This document shows positions 62,400 through 64,000 of a stretch of DNA of 64,000 nucleotides, one piece after another (the first letter of the stretch is position 1; every line of letters starts with the position of its first letter). This DNA is from Nymphaea colorata (lineage: Eukaryota): contig NC_045138.2 in NCBI RefSeq assembly GCF_008831285.2, positions 34,472,001 through 34,536,000 of the forward strand. The letters run 5' to 3'. A model generated the notes under the pieces. That model did no database searches. It saw only the letters and a list, made by a program, of their open reading frames with translations, and was not told the origin of the DNA. The position numbers were made by a program, and so were the translations under genes.

Positions 62400-62900
62400 C
62401 AGGAGAAGGCAGGGTGATCTCTAACTCAATATTATCGCTCATTCGTCTGCCCATAAGCTGGCGATCTAGACAGTTTGTGTAGATGTGTGAAGATGAAGAT
62501 GGCGTCGCTGCCTCCAAGTTGGCGGCATATTTGATGGACATCTCGATGAACTTGCTCGCATATTGATCCAATGTCTTTCCTTAGTCAATCTTTAACGTCT
62601 GCACAAACAGCCACACCAACTGCCAGCTCGATTGCCTCTCAGACGCATTGATCCTCCATCACACCCAGCTGATGTAGTGTCCACTGCCGTAGCTCTTATA
62701 CCAAATGTTGGCGTGGTCCCTTATTTACACTCAATCTCACAAAATGGGAAGGAGAGGCTGCAACGTACAAGAGAGAATGGAGAGGTGCCGAGAGAGGGAG
62801 CAGAGTACGACAAGAGTAGAGAGAGGGAGAGAGCGAGAGCGTACAAGGATGGCAGGAGAGAGAGCTACAAGGATGGCAGGACGGAGAGAGAAAAGGGGAC
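62400..62900 (-). mobile_element. Ty1/copia LTR-retrotransposon remnant (LTR end, PBS and decayed gag)
   Basis: Minus strand: LTR-like end ...CCAACA (62706), then TGGTATAAGAGC (62703-62692, one mismatch to the tRNA-iMet PBS TGGTATCAGAGC), then gag-like LQTLK...KTLDQYASKFIEMSIKYAANL. Confidence 0.65.
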
Positions 62901-62966
62901 TTGACGCCACGGGTAGAGGGCAAAAAAAAACTTTTCTTGTTTTTCTTTCTCCTTTTGACCGCTCAC

Positions 62967-63053
62967 TTCTCAACTACACGATAAGGTTAAATAAAGAAAA
63001 TAAAAAAACTTCTCAACTAAACGATAAGGCTAAATAAAGAAAATAAAAAAACT
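62967..63053. repeat. About 42-bp tandem duplication
   Basis: CTTCTCAACTA(C/A)ACGATAAGG(T/C)TAAATAAAGAAAATAAAAAAA x2. Confidence 0.85.
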
Positions 63054-64000
63054 AAATCTTGATGGTTGAGTTTAGTAACCACTGGTGATGCTTTTCCACG
63101 ATCCTCTCCTCTTCAACTTTTCATTCCCATCAATTTCTTCATTCCTCTTTTTTAACTCCGCACTCGCACTTTCCCACGAGCTCCTCTCAATGGAGGTGGT
63201 GTTTGAGGTGTGCAACAACAACAAGTACAAGATCGAGATCGGCTTCTTTCATGTCGTGTATTAAAATTTTAATCCAATGATGTGCTCTTTATGCATTTAC
63301 TTATCATGTGTTAATGAGATGTGTCTCGATTTAGATGCAGCAAACCCGAATCTCGTCTTCAAACTGACAGCATGTGCAAGTTCTTTGAATCCATGAAAAC
63401 CTGCAATAATGACTAATTTGTTCTCAAGAAGCATCTGATTACCTTCAAGTTTCTTGATTGTTGGGTGCTACCATCCGTCCTTAGAGTGTTTATAATGTGT
63501 AAATTCTGCTTGTTTGGTGAATCAAAGCTGGAAATGTACATCAATCATTTGTTTGGTGGTTGAGATGTTTAGAGTGGAAATAGTCTTTGCTGCAGAAAGT
63601 ATTATTGCAGGATCATATGGCCCATATTTTGCAGTGTTTTGCATTATGTTCTTGGTTGAATATGTTCAATTATCGTTTGCTTTTGCATTACTTAAATTGT
63701 GTTAATTTTTTTTTTTTTTTGGTGATGACAGTGAATGTCCTTGATCATCTACAATATTTGGGATGGCAATAGACTAATATGGACAATACTTTTTGATAAC
63801 ATTCATGGTTTCTTCAGTTGATTGGGCACTGAACGGCCAGGAAGTGCCTGTTCCTTCAACGCCTTTAAAGCTGAGCTTGATGGTGGATTAGCCCCGCAAG
63901 CTTAGGCCTGGTTCAATAATTGAGTCAAAGAGCCATGGCATAAATCTCAGGCGCTGTTAAATTTAGAGCCAGTGGATGAGTGGAGACTTTATGGGCGAGC

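Noticed and set aside
1..64000. Most 60-160 aa ORFs in the supplied track
   Set aside because: They are antisense or off-frame shadows of real exons, run through microsatellites (ERERER, YIYIYI, LSLSLS), or start at TTG/GTG codons that are not standard for plant nuclear genes.
1..64000. CRISPR array, rRNA, true tRNA, known miRNA or snRNA genes
   Set aside because: No repeat-spacer array, rRNA-like block or complete cloverleaf was seen. A by-eye check for common conserved miRNA sequences and for a full USE (RTCCCACATCG)+TATA promoter found none. This check was not exhaustive.

Overview
Plant (angiosperm) nuclear euchromatin with GT-AG introns and many (GA)n microsatellites. Seven protein-coding genes could be spliced by hand into intact frames: a 5'-truncated RluA-family pseudouridine synthase (+); a type II membrane protein carrying FUT8/NodZ (GT23)-like motifs (-); an 88-aa small protein (-); an EXPERA/TMEM97-like ER protein (+); plastid tryptophan synthase beta (+); a PCF11/PCFS4-like polyadenylation factor (+); and an HD-ZIP IV gene of the HDG2/ML1/ROC type (+). 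Introns and intergenic DNA hold hAT-type non-autonomous elements with 8-bp TSDs, a tRNA-derived SINE head, and decayed Ty3/gypsy and Ty1/copia remnants. The main leads are the FUT8-like protein in a plant, an inverted hAT pair bracketing two TSB exons, and the HD-ZIP IV regulatory layout (two in-frame alternative first exons with L1 boxes and a paired 3'UTR motif). All family calls come from motif recognition by eye; no searches were run.
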